The notes: generated by a model from the letters alone, not told the origin. Shown: positions 9,983 to 19,604, counted from the first letter of the stretch. The stretch: 64,000 bases of DNA from Bacteroidales bacterium (GCA_028684405.1 JAQUGA010000001.1:1833-65832), one strand, 5' to 3'. Numbers and translations: made by a program.

Positions 9983-12694
9983 TTATTTTATAATGATTTC
10001 ATCCGAGAAAATCATGGATTCATATTTCGACCCGGCATGGTGCCATTCGGGAAGTTTGCCATAATATCGGGCAATAACTTTGATGTATCTGGTTTTAATA
10101 TTCTTAAAATCAGCAGAATAAACATCTTTTAGATTTCCTTGTTTTTCGGGTGGAATTTTGCCTTTTATGGTAGTGAAAAGCTGATAATCTTTTTTTAATT
10201 CATCTTTGACATAAATTTCCACCTGTTTTGGAAAAATCACCCAGTCGTATGTGTTTTGAAAAAAACCCATCGAAAAAGAGTGCAAGGTTTCAATGTTTTC
10301 CAAATCAATCTCTATCTCAATGTCTCTTCCTCCAAATCCCTGCCATTTTCCACTTCTCAAATCAAGGCTATCGCCTTCTTTTCCATCCAGTAAAGCATTC
10401 ATTCCTCCGCCATCATAACTGGGATGATAGGTGCTAAATTTAGAATGCAAATCCAGAAGTTTTCCAATCGCTTTGTGATGCACCAAATTGCATTCAGAAA
10501 CACCAAATGTCTTGTCGTTGTTAACGGCACACGCTTTTATTGAAACATCTTCATGAACATAAATAGTGTCGGTATATTTTGTGGAAAATCTTCCAACTTT
10601 TTCTTGATTAATTGAATAATAAACTGGGAAATCTCCAAACAATGAACGCATCGTAATGGCTCTCCCTTTTTCGGAAAGATGTTCGCTGGGAACAATAACA
10701 CAATATCCTTCCAGATTATTTAATTCGTCCATTAATCCATCAAATTTTTTCATATTTACATCCAACCAATGTTTTTTGTTTTCGCGATTCCACAAAACAG
10801 AATATCTGGTTTTGAGATGTTCTATTTCTAAAATCAGAATTTTAATTTTATTCCTTAACTCCGAATCAGAAATGTCTTTATTTTTATTAATAAAATGATA
10901 AAGATCAATCCGCAAGAGGTTTTTATGCAGGCTAAACTGAAGCTGTTGGATGGCAAATTGAACGTAATCAAGCGTCTCTTTGTTTTTTAAAACTTTCTGA
11001 GAAAGAGTCTCCATCTTTGAACTTAATGAATCCAAACGATTTAATAATTTGATATTTGCATCTCTGCTTTTATCCGAAATATATTCTAAATGAATGGGAA
11101 AAACAGGTTCAAAAAAGCGAGTGTTTGTCATTATATCTCGAACTCCAGCATATTTTAAATTTGAAAATTCTATAATATTATCATTAATATTATCATCCTT
11201 TAGTCCAAAAAACAATTCATTGTAGGCTTCATTAAAAGCACTGTACCGACTTTTTCTTTCTGCATTTGAAAGTTCTGTGGAGAGATTTATTGAAGGTGTT
11301 TTCCAGCTCACTTCGGCACCCCAAATCAAACCATGCCAATTGTTTTGAAAAAAGTTTAATCCGTCGTCGTCCCAAGTTGTATTGAGGACTCCCGTGGTTT
11401 TATGTTTATATCCATCACGAATAAGATTGAAAATATTTATTTCGCTGGTGTGATAATCTGGGAAAATAGTTGACCAACAATTTACGCCGGGTGCCACCCA
11501 AAAATTAATTCCAGTATTCGATAAGGGCGTAATGGCATAGTCGAAATTTTCTGCTTCGTGATATCCCCATGATATAACCGTAATATCCTCAGGAAGTTGA
11601 CTAATAATGTGTGGATATTTGGCAACAATGTCTCCCCACATAAGTATTTTTTTATCATATTTTTTTAATAAAACATTTAACCTATTGACATGATAGAGAT
11701 ATATTCCATCAATGCCCATGGTATCCATCATTTTTTTTGATTTTCCTTCGCCCAATCCAAATGTTTCATCGCAATTAATATTAAAATATTCGCCACTAAA
11801 AGCAGGAACGATTTCTTGATAAACTTCATTCAGAAAAGTGTAGGACTCTTCCAATGCAGGCGAAATAATATGCTCGTTTTCAGCCATATGCTTATATTTC
11901 GCGAGCGACAAGGTTTTTTCCATATGTCCGAACGATTGATAGCTGGCAATTAAACGGATGTGGTGTTTTTCAGCAAAACTGCTTAATTCAGCAATTTCGT
12001 CCTTTGAAATTCCATCTTTGGGGGCAATTTCAGGATGATTTTCAAGTTTATAAACATGTTCGATATAGAGCGTAAAATGATTTAATTTGTACGATGACAA
12101 CTTTTTGATTTGTTCTTTAAGCTTTTCCATTGTTGGAATGGGGCCTCTGCTAATATCATCTTGCCATGCACGAACAGCGATATTTGGAAAATCGTAAATC
12201 AGAAGAGATGGAATGGTATTTTCTTTTCTGTTTGCCGAAATAATTTGTTTAAGCGTTTGCAATCCATAAAAAATTCCAGCATCTGTTTGTGCAAAAACCT
12301 GCATAGTTTTGGGTGTAATCTTTAAAAAATAGCCTTCAGCAGCTGATTTAGAATTAAACTCTAAATTGTTTTCTTTTAATAATTTCGCAAACTCTGCTTG
12401 GGAAGAGATTTTTATAAATTCGATGTAATTGCTTTTTGCTCTCTTTGTTATTTTCAGATCAATTTTCAAATCTTCTTTTACGCAATCTAAAAGTTGATTT
12501 AAATAAAATGGATTCAAATCCTGAACCACAACTTGAGTTTTATGATTTATTTCAAAGCCTGAGTTTTTTATTTCCAAATGCTGAGGTGTGGGGATTAGCT
12601 TTAATTGTGCGAAGATATTGGCACAAAAAAATAGGCTTATTGCAAGAAGCAGAATGTTTTTTTTCAAATTAAATTGTTTTATTATGTTTTTCAT
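9983..12694 (-). CDS. GH20 beta-N-acetylhexosaminidase with C-terminal F5/8 type C (discoidin) domain
   Basis: Signal peptide. N-terminal LIPTPQHLE, then R..QDDISRG...YKLNHFTLYIEH and FNINCDETFGLG (D-E pair). C-terminal ALLDGK...discoidin-like region. Confidence 0.8.
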   Translation of the reverse strand: MKNIIKQFNLKKNILLLAISLFFCANIFAQLKLIPTPQHLEIKNSGFEINHKTQVVVQDLNPFYLNQLLDCVKEDLKIDLKITKRAKSNYIEFIKISSQAEFAKLLKENNLEFNSKSAAEGYFLKITPKTMQVFAQTDAGIFYGLQTLKQIISANRKENTIPSLLIYDFPNIAVRAWQDDISRGPIPTMEKLKEQIKKLSSYKLNHFTLYIEHVYKLENHPEIAPKDGISKDEIAELSSFAEKHHIRLIASYQSFGHMEKTLSLAKYKHMAENEHIISPALEESYTFLNEVYQEIVPAFSGEYFNINCDETFGLGEGKSKKMMDTMGIDGIYLYHVNRLNVLLKKYDKKILMWGDIVAKYPHIISQLPEDITVISWGYHEAENFDYAITPLSNTGINFWVAPGVNCWSTIFPDYHTSEINIFNLIRDGYKHKTTGVLNTTWDDDGLNFFQNNWHGLIWGAEVSWKTPSINLSTELSNAERKSRYSAFNEAYNELFFGLKDDNINDNIIEFSNLKYAGVRDIMTNTRFFEPVFPIHLEYISDKSRDANIKLLNRLDSLSSKMETLSQKVLKNKETLDYVQFAIQQLQFSLHKNLLRIDLYHFINKNKDISDSELRNKIKILILEIEHLKTRYSVLWNRENKKHWLDVNMKKFDGLMDELNNLEGYCVIVPSEHLSEKGRAITMRSLFGDFPVYYSINQEKVGRFSTKYTDTIYVHEDVSIKACAVNNDKTFGVSECNLVHHKAIGKLLDLHSKFSTYHPSYDGGGMNALLDGKEGDSLDLRSGKWQGFGGRDIEIEIDLENIETLHSFSMGFFQNTYDWVIFPKQVEIYVKDELKKDYQLFTTIKGKIPPEKQGNLKDVYSADFKNIKTRYIKVIARYYGKLPEWHHAGSKYESMIFSDEIIIK

Positions 12695-12700
12695 CTATTG

Positions 12701-15217
12701 CTATTTTGTCACTTTAATTTCAATACTGGAATTTTTCAATCCTTTTGATTTCACTTTTAATTTGATGGTTCCTTCTTTTGTTCCTCTAATAATGGCAAGA
12801 CATTTTCCGTTAAAAGCGCTCTGATCGGTGGCAATAAATGGTTCGTGACTGGTTGGATCGCCATTGCAAACGGCAATAATTTCGCCAGGTCCTTCAATCT
12901 CAAAATTAATCTTGTTATATGCCCTTGGAACAAATTGATTGTTCTTGTCAAGAATGTCTACGGTTACAAAAACCAAATCTTCTCCATCTGCAGTAATCTC
13001 TTTTCGATCGATGGTAAGATTCATTTTAGCAGCATTTAATGATGTTTTCATAACATCTTCTGCCCATACTTTGCCATCTTTCCAAACTTTTACTTTCAAC
13101 TCACCAGGCTGATAAACAACATCATCCCATTGAAAACGATATTCAAATTGTGCTTTTTTTCTTTTCCCCAGTGATTTTCCATTTAAAAACAGCTCTGCTT
13201 CATCTCCAGAAGAGTAGACATGAACAGGAACATTTTTGCCCATTCGTTCGGGCCAATTCCAATGAGGAAGTATGTGTGCCATAGGAAAATCGGGTCTCCA
13301 TTTTGCTTGATAAATATAGAATCGATCTTTTTTGAAACCGCATAAATCTATGATTCCAAAATAGCTACTTCGCGAAGGTATTTCGTCCGTTCCAAGCCCA
13401 TTCAAGCGTTTTCTAAGAGCTTTAATTTCAGCAGAATCAGTATAATTTACCAAGTCGGTGATATCTCTAAAATACGGTGTTGGTTCTCCCAAATAATCAA
13501 AACCTGTCCATACATATTCTCCCATTATTCGCGGATATTGCTCGTTGTATTTAAATTGCATATCGGGCGACAGTCCCCATCCAGGATATTGCATATCATA
13601 AGACGACATGTGAAATATTCCTTTTCCGGGTAAATTATCATCAGCAGGACCATTTACCACTGGAAAAAAATACTCACCTCTGGTGCTCAAACAGGAAGTA
13701 GTTTCATTGGCAACAAATGGTACATCAAGTAAAGTAGAATCGCCAAAGAATTTCTCATAAGACCAGTGATTGTAGTTGTATCCAAAAACATCAAGTGCAT
13801 CCAAAAATCCGTTGTATGCAGAAACAGGCCAATTGCAGCCAGCCGTGACCGGACGAGAATGATCCATCATTCGAATAATATCTGCCAAACGTTTTGCCAA
13901 AACAGGATTCGATTGATCTGGGATTTCATTCCCAATGCTCCACATAAAAACAGATGGATGATTTCTATCTCGAAGAACCATCGCCTTTATATCTTCAACA
14001 TGCCAAGCATCGAAATGAATGTTGTAATCATTTTCTTTTTTTGCAGTTTGCCAAGTGTCAAAAGCTTCTACTTGCACCAGAAAGCCCATTTTGTCGCATA
14101 AATCTAGCAATTCGGGTGCCGGTGGATTGTGGCTTGTTCTGATGGAATTGCACCCTATCTCTTTTAAGATTTCCAGTTGACGTTCAGCGGCTCTGGTGTT
14201 AAATTTAGCACCCAAAGGGCCCAAATCATGATGGTTGCAAACGCCTTTTATTTCTATTTTTTTGCCATTTAACAGAAATCCTTCCTTGGCAGTAAATTCA
14301 ATTGTTCTAAATCCAAAAGTAGTTATTTCTTTGTGTATAATTTTATCTCCTTCATAAACAGAGGTTTGAGCTGTATACAAGTTTGGATTTTCGATACTCC
14401 ACAACGAAGGATTTTCAACCATAATTTCAAGAGCGATTGTTTTTTTAGATTGAGCAGGGAGGCTACTGGCCATTTTTTTTGACTTTGCAACTTCTTTATT
14501 TTCAGAATTGTAGATAATCGTTTGTAGGTAAATGTTGGAAACTTGAGAGCGATTGTTTTTTAGATTTACTTGCAAATTAACGTGAGCCTCTTTTTTTGTC
14601 ACTTTTGGGGTTGTTAGATAAATACCCCAATGATCGATGTGAACTGCATTTGTTTTGGTGAGCCATACATTTCTGTATAAACCCGCTCCGGGATACCAGC
14701 GAGAATCGTACTTTTCGGTATCAAGTCTGACAGCAATAACATTTTCCTTTCCGAATTGAATATAGGGTGTAAGATTGAATCTAAAGGAAGTATAACCATA
14801 AGGCCATTCTCCAACAAATTTGCCATTGAGCCACACTTTAGCATTTGCCATTGCCCCATCAAAATCAATAAATATTTGTTTTCCTTTGTCGTTTTCCGAT
14901 ACTATAAAATGTTTCCGATACCATCCAATTCCTCTCCATGGAAGCAAGCCAGTTTCGTTTACCAAATCGTCGCGAAATGGTCCTTCAATGCCCCAATCGT
15001 GAGGTAAATTTAAATTTCGCCAAGCAGCATCATTGTATGCTTTTTTTTCTATGCCTTCTGGCTCAGGAATGATGATACCGGGTTTTTCAGGATGTTGACC
15101 AAATCGTTCAAATTTCCAATTGCTGTTAAATTTTTCTCTTGAAAAAGCATTTAGATTTTCTTGAGAAAATCCAAATAAGCTCTGAATGACTATAGCTATT
15201 GCCAAAAAAATTCTCAT
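12701..15217 (-). CDS. GH2 beta-galactosidase family glycoside hydrolase
   Basis: NLPHDWGIEGPF, NHPSVFMWSIGNE and EYVWTGFDYLGEP motifs. I start at Met29 (MRIFLAIAIV, signal peptide) instead of the longest ORF start at 15301. Confidence 0.85.
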   Translation of the reverse strand: MRIFLAIAIVIQSLFGFSQENLNAFSREKFNSNWKFERFGQHPEKPGIIIPEPEGIEKKAYNDAAWRNLNLPHDWGIEGPFRDDLVNETGLLPWRGIGWYRKHFIVSENDKGKQIFIDFDGAMANAKVWLNGKFVGEWPYGYTSFRFNLTPYIQFGKENVIAVRLDTEKYDSRWYPGAGLYRNVWLTKTNAVHIDHWGIYLTTPKVTKKEAHVNLQVNLKNNRSQVSNIYLQTIIYNSENKEVAKSKKMASSLPAQSKKTIALEIMVENPSLWSIENPNLYTAQTSVYEGDKIIHKEITTFGFRTIEFTAKEGFLLNGKKIEIKGVCNHHDLGPLGAKFNTRAAERQLEILKEIGCNSIRTSHNPPAPELLDLCDKMGFLVQVEAFDTWQTAKKENDYNIHFDAWHVEDIKAMVLRDRNHPSVFMWSIGNEIPDQSNPVLAKRLADIIRMMDHSRPVTAGCNWPVSAYNGFLDALDVFGYNYNHWSYEKFFGDSTLLDVPFVANETTSCLSTRGEYFFPVVNGPADDNLPGKGIFHMSSYDMQYPGWGLSPDMQFKYNEQYPRIMGEYVWTGFDYLGEPTPYFRDITDLVNYTDSAEIKALRKRLNGLGTDEIPSRSSYFGIIDLCGFKKDRFYIYQAKWRPDFPMAHILPHWNWPERMGKNVPVHVYSSGDEAELFLNGKSLGKRKKAQFEYRFQWDDVVYQPGELKVKVWKDGKVWAEDVMKTSLNAAKMNLTIDRKEITADGEDLVFVTVDILDKNNQFVPRAYNKINFEIEGPGEIIAVCNGDPTSHEPFIATDQSAFNGKCLAIIRGTKEGTIKLKVKSKGLKNSSIEIKVTK

Positions 15218-15641
15218 GGATATTTCTTTTTTATTTGTTTTTTTTCTCTCATGCTTACATATATATTGCTTTTCTACAAAAAACCTAATCTCAGAAAACA
15301 AGTCTAAATTATTTAAAATTGAATTTTTAGCAGGCTTATGTTTCGCAAATATAAAGAATATTATGAAACAAAACAGCGGAAAATGAAATTATCTAAATGG
15401 TTTTACCAAAACAGAAATAAAAACTAAAGGTAAATCGCAAATGTAGAATTGAGTGCAGCAAAAGGACAGTTTTTAATTAAGAATTTTCAATGGTTCACCA
15501 GTTTCTGAAAAAAGCATTATGCAAAATTACATACCTATAAAACCTGTGAACTTAAAAGCACAGAAATACTAGTTAGTCTCTGCAAAGACAGAGCTTTTTA
15601 GCAGTGACTAATTAGTGTTATTAAAAATCTCTCAACGATTT

Positions 15642-15845
15642 TTAATCTGTTTCAAATTTGATGACGCTTGTCGGACAGGATTCTACTGCTTCTTTAATTT
15701 CTTCTTCATACTGAGAGAAATCCACGCCTTCGATTACAATCATTTTATCGGGCACTTCAAATACTTCTGGTGCCACTTCACTGCAAAGTCCGCAAGAGAT
15801 ACATTCGTCTTCGGATTCATCGAGCCAAACTCTAGTAATTGCCAT
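15642..15845 (-). CDS. small single-cluster ferredoxin
   Basis: 67 aa, acidic, with CISCGLC....CP cysteine pattern. Confidence 0.85.
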   Translation of the reverse strand: MAITRVWLDESEDECISCGLCSEVAPEVFEVPDKMIVIEGVDFSQYEEEIKEAVESCPTSVIKFETD

Positions 15846-15887
15846 GTTTATGTGTTTTAAATGAATAAAATATTATAACAGTTTTTG

Positions 15888-15944
15888 TTTTATTCTAACT
15901 ACAAAACAAAGTATCAATGACTTTGTTTTGTAGTTAGAATAAAA
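15888..15944. repeat. perfect 25-bp inverted repeat with 7-nt loop
   Basis: ttttattctaactacaaaacaaagt (15888-15912), loop atcaatg, then actttgttttgtagttagaataaaa (15920-15944). It starts immediately after the TAA of the norB-like remnant. No U-tract on either strand. Confidence 0.9.
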
Positions 15945-16160
15945 TTATCGAATTTCTTTCTTTTCCTTTTCAATCGACCAGCCCGTTTTCAGTCCGACCA
16001 CAAACCATGCTAGCGCTAGTATACCTACTGCAAAAATGGTATCTCCAACGATTCATAGCCAGAGAAGCGTTTGCATCGTAGGGTCTTGCATAAACTCGAC
16101 CGAACGAGCATACCACATGATTCCAGAAAGAGAGTGTGAGAATATAAGTAAAAACAAAAA
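15945..16160 (-). pseudogene. norB: C-terminal remnant of nitric-oxide reductase large subunit (qNor/NorB-like) with in-frame TGA
   Basis: My translation is FLFLLIFSHSLSGIMWYARSVEFMQDPTMQTLLWL*IVGDTIFAVGILALAWFVVGLKTGWSIEKEKKEIR*. The W(H/Y)ARS...F....LxWLRxxGDxxF pattern matches NorB C-termini as I remember them. TGA at 16055-16053 sits where Arg is expected. No upstream norB body is present. Confidence 0.5.
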
Positions 16161-16631
16161 CTATACTAGTCTTATTTCTTTTTTACTTGAAGGATCCAAT
16201 GCTGCGGCTTTTACATCCACTTCGGCATCAATAAAATATACTGACTTTTCATTGTCTGCAAACGAACCCATTTTGCCTAAAGCACCCAGGGCACCGCCTT
16301 TTTCTTTTAATTCGTCATTGTTTGATTTCAAAACATTGAAAGGCAAAGAAAATTCGATTTCTTTCGGTTCACCAGGCTTAATAGAGTATCCAAGAGGAGC
16401 AGAGATGGTTCCTAAGTCAAAGATTTTTGTTTTTTTATCGTCGCCGCGACCCGTTGTAAATTCCTCGTATATTTTTACTTTATACGATACTAATTCCTGA
16501 TCACTTTTGGTGGTGAGAATAATTTTTCCAACTACTGCACCGCTGTCTTTTGCAATCTGTCCTGGAACTTCTAGGCTTACGCTTACGCCGCCAATGCCTA
16601 ATTTGTTTTTCAAATTTTGAAAGAAACCCAT
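16161..16631 (-). CDS. Spo0M-like (SpoOM family, arrestin-like) protein
   Basis: MGFFQNLKNKLGIGGVSVSLEVPGQ... is the typical SpoOM N-terminus. 156 aa. Confidence 0.75.
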   Translation of the reverse strand: MGFFQNLKNKLGIGGVSVSLEVPGQIAKDSGAVVGKIILTTKSDQELVSYKVKIYEEFTTGRGDDKKTKIFDLGTISAPLGYSIKPGEPKEIEFSLPFNVLKSNNDELKEKGGALGALGKMGSFADNEKSVYFIDAEVDVKAAALDPSSKKEIRLV

Positions 16632-16842
16632 ATTTAATATGTTTTAGGTTGATAATTGCTACAAATTTAATAAAAATCAGATTAAAAAATTAATTATTCA
16701 AAAATAAATATGTTTTCAAATTCTCTACGTCATCTTTTTCTTCAAGCCTGTTTATTATTAGGGAACAAGTGCTTTAATAATCTAAAGAATCCCCTCTTTA
16801 GACAAACAAAAGAGATGGTCCTTGTGACAAATATTTATTTCC

Positions 16843-17115
16843 TTATTCTTTAATAATTTTCCGCACCTCTGTTTTGGTTGGACTTTTAATTTTTAAAAGA
16901 TAGAGTCCTTGGGGCAAATTAGAAATATCGATTTCAGTTTTATTGGATTGCAAAGCTAAACTTTTACACAACTGTCCTTGAATATTTAACACTTCGACTG
17001 TGGAATTTATGTAATCATCTAAAATTAAACAAACATGATCGTTAGCAGGATTCGGATAAACAGATATGTTTTTTTGATAATTACTAAATTTGTTTTTACA
17101 AAGGGAAGCTGTTGT
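16843..17115 (-). pseudogene. orphan T9SS type-A C-terminal sorting domain (remnant of a lost secreted-protein gene)
   Basis: A 90-codon open frame with no start codon: ...NISVYPNPANDHVCLILDDYINSTVEVLNIQGQLCKSLALQSNKTEIDISNLPQGLYLLKIKSPTKTEVRKIIKE*. It is bounded upstream by TAA (17116-17118). Confidence 0.65.
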
Positions 17116-17299
17116 TTAATTCTTCGCAAATATACAACAATTCGTAAAAAAAACTTAATTTTACATTATTTTTATCCAAAATTCTAATAAAACCCTGTCA
17201 TTCAAAGCGAAGAATCAGTTTTCTTTTATCGGACAACAATGTTTTAAAAATGAAACTTCTCAATTAAAGTTTAACAATTCCTTTTTCCTAAAACCTCTT

Positions 17300-18139
17300 T
17301 TATAATTTTACATTCGCAGCTTCCCAACCAATAATGGCCGCTTTTCGAGTTGTTCCCCACATATAACCACCCAATTCACCAGAAGACTGAACGACTCGAT
17401 GACAAGGGATTAAAAAAGCGATGGGGTTGCTTCCGATAGCGGTTCCGACTGCTCTGGCTGCTTTAGGTTTTTGAATAATTTGTGCAATATTTGCATACGT
17501 TTTTAAACTTCCCATTGGAATATGTAAAAGAGACTCCCACACTTTTAGCTGAAAATCACTGCCTTTTAGGTGTAATTTTATTTTATCAATCTTGCTCCAA
17601 TCTGAAGCATAAATATGCAAAACATTTAGCTGAATATCATCTGTTTTTTGAACAAGACTGGCTTTTGAAAAACGTTTTTCTAGTTCCGAAAAAGCAATCT
17701 GAGGGTCGTCCGCAAATCCCATATAACAAATGCCTTTTGGAGTAGAAGCCACTAATGCTTCACCAAATAAAGTTTTCGTAAAATTGTAATTAATCGTAAG
17801 ATTTTCTCCATTATTTTTACATTCCTCTGCCGTCATTCTTTCGATTTGCACAAATAAATGATGCAATTTTGCTTTATTTGAAGGCTCCGTTTTGTGTTCA
17901 GATTGAGAAAAAAGGGATGGCGAATTGCTCAGAATTCGTTTTACCTGTTGCACACCCGTATATTCCAAGAATTTTTCGGGACCAACCCCTGCCCAATCGA
18001 TAAAAAGCTTTTCAAACTGGGAAGGATTTAAATGTGCTTTTTTAGCAATTTCATCAAGACATATCTGCTGTTTGAAATTATCAATTACTTCTGCTATTTG
18101 TTTGTAATTATTGTATTCTTGGTCTTTCATTAAATTCAT
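17300..18139 (-). CDS. AraC-type HTH fused to methylated-DNA-protein-cysteine methyltransferase (Ada-like, lacking the N-Ada zinc domain)
   Basis: C-terminal IPCHRVV active site with GGYMWG. N-terminal single HTH (LDEIAKKAHLNPSQFEKLF). Confidence 0.8.
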   Translation of the reverse strand: MNLMKDQEYNNYKQIAEVIDNFKQQICLDEIAKKAHLNPSQFEKLFIDWAGVGPEKFLEYTGVQQVKRILSNSPSLFSQSEHKTEPSNKAKLHHLFVQIERMTAEECKNNGENLTINYNFTKTLFGEALVASTPKGICYMGFADDPQIAFSELEKRFSKASLVQKTDDIQLNVLHIYASDWSKIDKIKLHLKGSDFQLKVWESLLHIPMGSLKTYANIAQIIQKPKAARAVGTAIGSNPIAFLIPCHRVVQSSGELGGYMWGTTRKAAIIGWEAANVKL

Positions 18140-18159
18140 ATTTTACAACAAAAATAGAA

Positions 18160-19407
18160 CTATTTTTCATCCTTATATTGAAACACATTATAAGGCAATG
18201 ATTCCCCTTTAATTTTCAGAACAACAATGCCGTGACCGGCCACTTTTTTTGAGATGTTTTCTTGAGTTGATGTTTCTGTTGTCTCTTTTGTCCATAAATC
18301 CTTGGTTGTGTACCCTTTGGATGCATTCAGGCCAACCGCTTTTAAATTAAATGTAATGGTGTTTATTTTTTCTGACCGATTTAATAAAGCCACCGCAATT
18401 TCGCCACTCATGGTTGAAACAAGAGGTTTTGCCCATACTTCTAAATCACCAAAATCAATTAATCTTCGAGCTTGATAGACAAATGAACTTTGATTTAGTG
18501 CAATAATTTCTTGGTTTGTAATAATTTCAATGGTTTCATCACTCATATTTGTCAAATCGTTTCCTAGTAAAAGTGGCGAGTGCATCATGCACCACATTGA
18601 AAAGTGAGTTTTATCCTCTTCGTAGCTCATTCCTCTGCCCACTTGCAGCATATCCATATCGTTGTAATGTCCTTTTGATGCATACATCCATAAGTCGGCA
18701 TTTAAATCAATAATTTTTAGGATCAATTCAAAGTTGTTGCTAATATCTTCAGAAATTCGCCATGAGTCAGCAATATATGTAACCCATTCGCCCGGGAATT
18801 TCCATCTGCAAACATTATAAATGGCTGTTGGTTTAATAGTTTTTATTTGTTTCCCAATTTTGGTAAAGGCAGTTTGTTCGTCCAGTCCCAACCATTCGCC
18901 TCCGCACCAATCAACTTTGATAAAATCATAATTCCATTCCTGTAAAAATAATTTTAAATCTTGTTCTTCATTCCCATAAAGTCCCATTCCAACTCCTATG
19001 GTGTCTTTGTACCAGAATGAAGCACAGGTATTTAGTCCGGCATCGGAATAGATTCCCGCTTTTAGTCCTTTGGAATGAATGTAATCGGCAAGTGATTTCA
19101 TTCCACTTGGAAATCGTTCCTTGTGAGCCTTTATTTTGCCGTTCTCATCTCTTCCTCCAAAGTACCCATCGTCGATATTGATATAGGAATAACCCACATC
19201 TTTGAGACCAGAAGAAAGCATTGCATCAGCTTGAGCTTTTATTATATCCTCGTTGATATTTATCCCGAAATTGTTCCAACTTGCCCATCCCATTATGGGG
19301 GCTTGAGAATTGCTTTCTGGCTTATTTTGAGAATTGTTTGTGTCTTTTCTGTTTGCATTGCACGAGACCAAAATCAAAACAAGAAAGGGTATAATTAGTT
19401 TATTCAT
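18160..19407 (-). CDS. GH27 alpha-galactosidase / alpha-N-acetylgalactosaminidase
   Basis: Lipoprotein signal (LVSCNA). PIMGWASWNNF, YINIDDGY and IKVDWCGG motifs. Confidence 0.85.
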   Translation of the reverse strand: MNKLIIPFLVLILVSCNANRKDTNNSQNKPESNSQAPIMGWASWNNFGININEDIIKAQADAMLSSGLKDVGYSYINIDDGYFGGRDENGKIKAHKERFPSGMKSLADYIHSKGLKAGIYSDAGLNTCASFWYKDTIGVGMGLYGNEEQDLKLFLQEWNYDFIKVDWCGGEWLGLDEQTAFTKIGKQIKTIKPTAIYNVCRWKFPGEWVTYIADSWRISEDISNNFELILKIIDLNADLWMYASKGHYNDMDMLQVGRGMSYEEDKTHFSMWCMMHSPLLLGNDLTNMSDETIEIITNQEIIALNQSSFVYQARRLIDFGDLEVWAKPLVSTMSGEIAVALLNRSEKINTITFNLKAVGLNASKGYTTKDLWTKETTETSTQENISKKVAGHGIVVLKIKGESLPYNVFQYKDEK

Positions 19408-19549
19408 TGGGTTAAATTTTGATTATAATTTTATTTTTCAAAAATACTTTATTTTTCGTTGTGGATGAAAGCAAAGAAAACTGGATGACAAAGAGAGGAT
19501 CGATTTCCGCGAGTTTTATATTTTGAAAAGGCTTATTTTATACATTTTT

Positions 19550-19587
19550 AAAACAAGAAAAGCGCCCGAGAGCGCTTTTCTTGTTTT
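19550..19587 (-). terminator. intrinsic terminator of the giant gene
   Basis: aaaacaagaaaagcgc / gcgcttttcttgtttt, 16-bp arms with a 6-nt loop and A/T tracts on both sides. It lies 18 nt past the stop at 19605. Confidence 0.8.
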
Positions 19588-19604
19588 AAAAATTAGAATA
19601 CTTA

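Noticed and set aside
15218-15301. Long N-terminal extensions offered by the ORF track: GH2 at 15301, the Ig-like lipoprotein at 48021, queG at 56991 and GNAT at 2579.
   Set aside because: Internal Met codons give canonical signal peptides or N-termini and remove overlaps with upstream genes. The extensions are Lys/Arg-rich or overlap neighbours.
16036-16500. 154-aa plus-strand ORF overlapping the Spo0M-like gene and the norB remnant.
   Set aside because: It is antisense to a recognisable SpoOM-family ORF and has no motifs or signal of its own.
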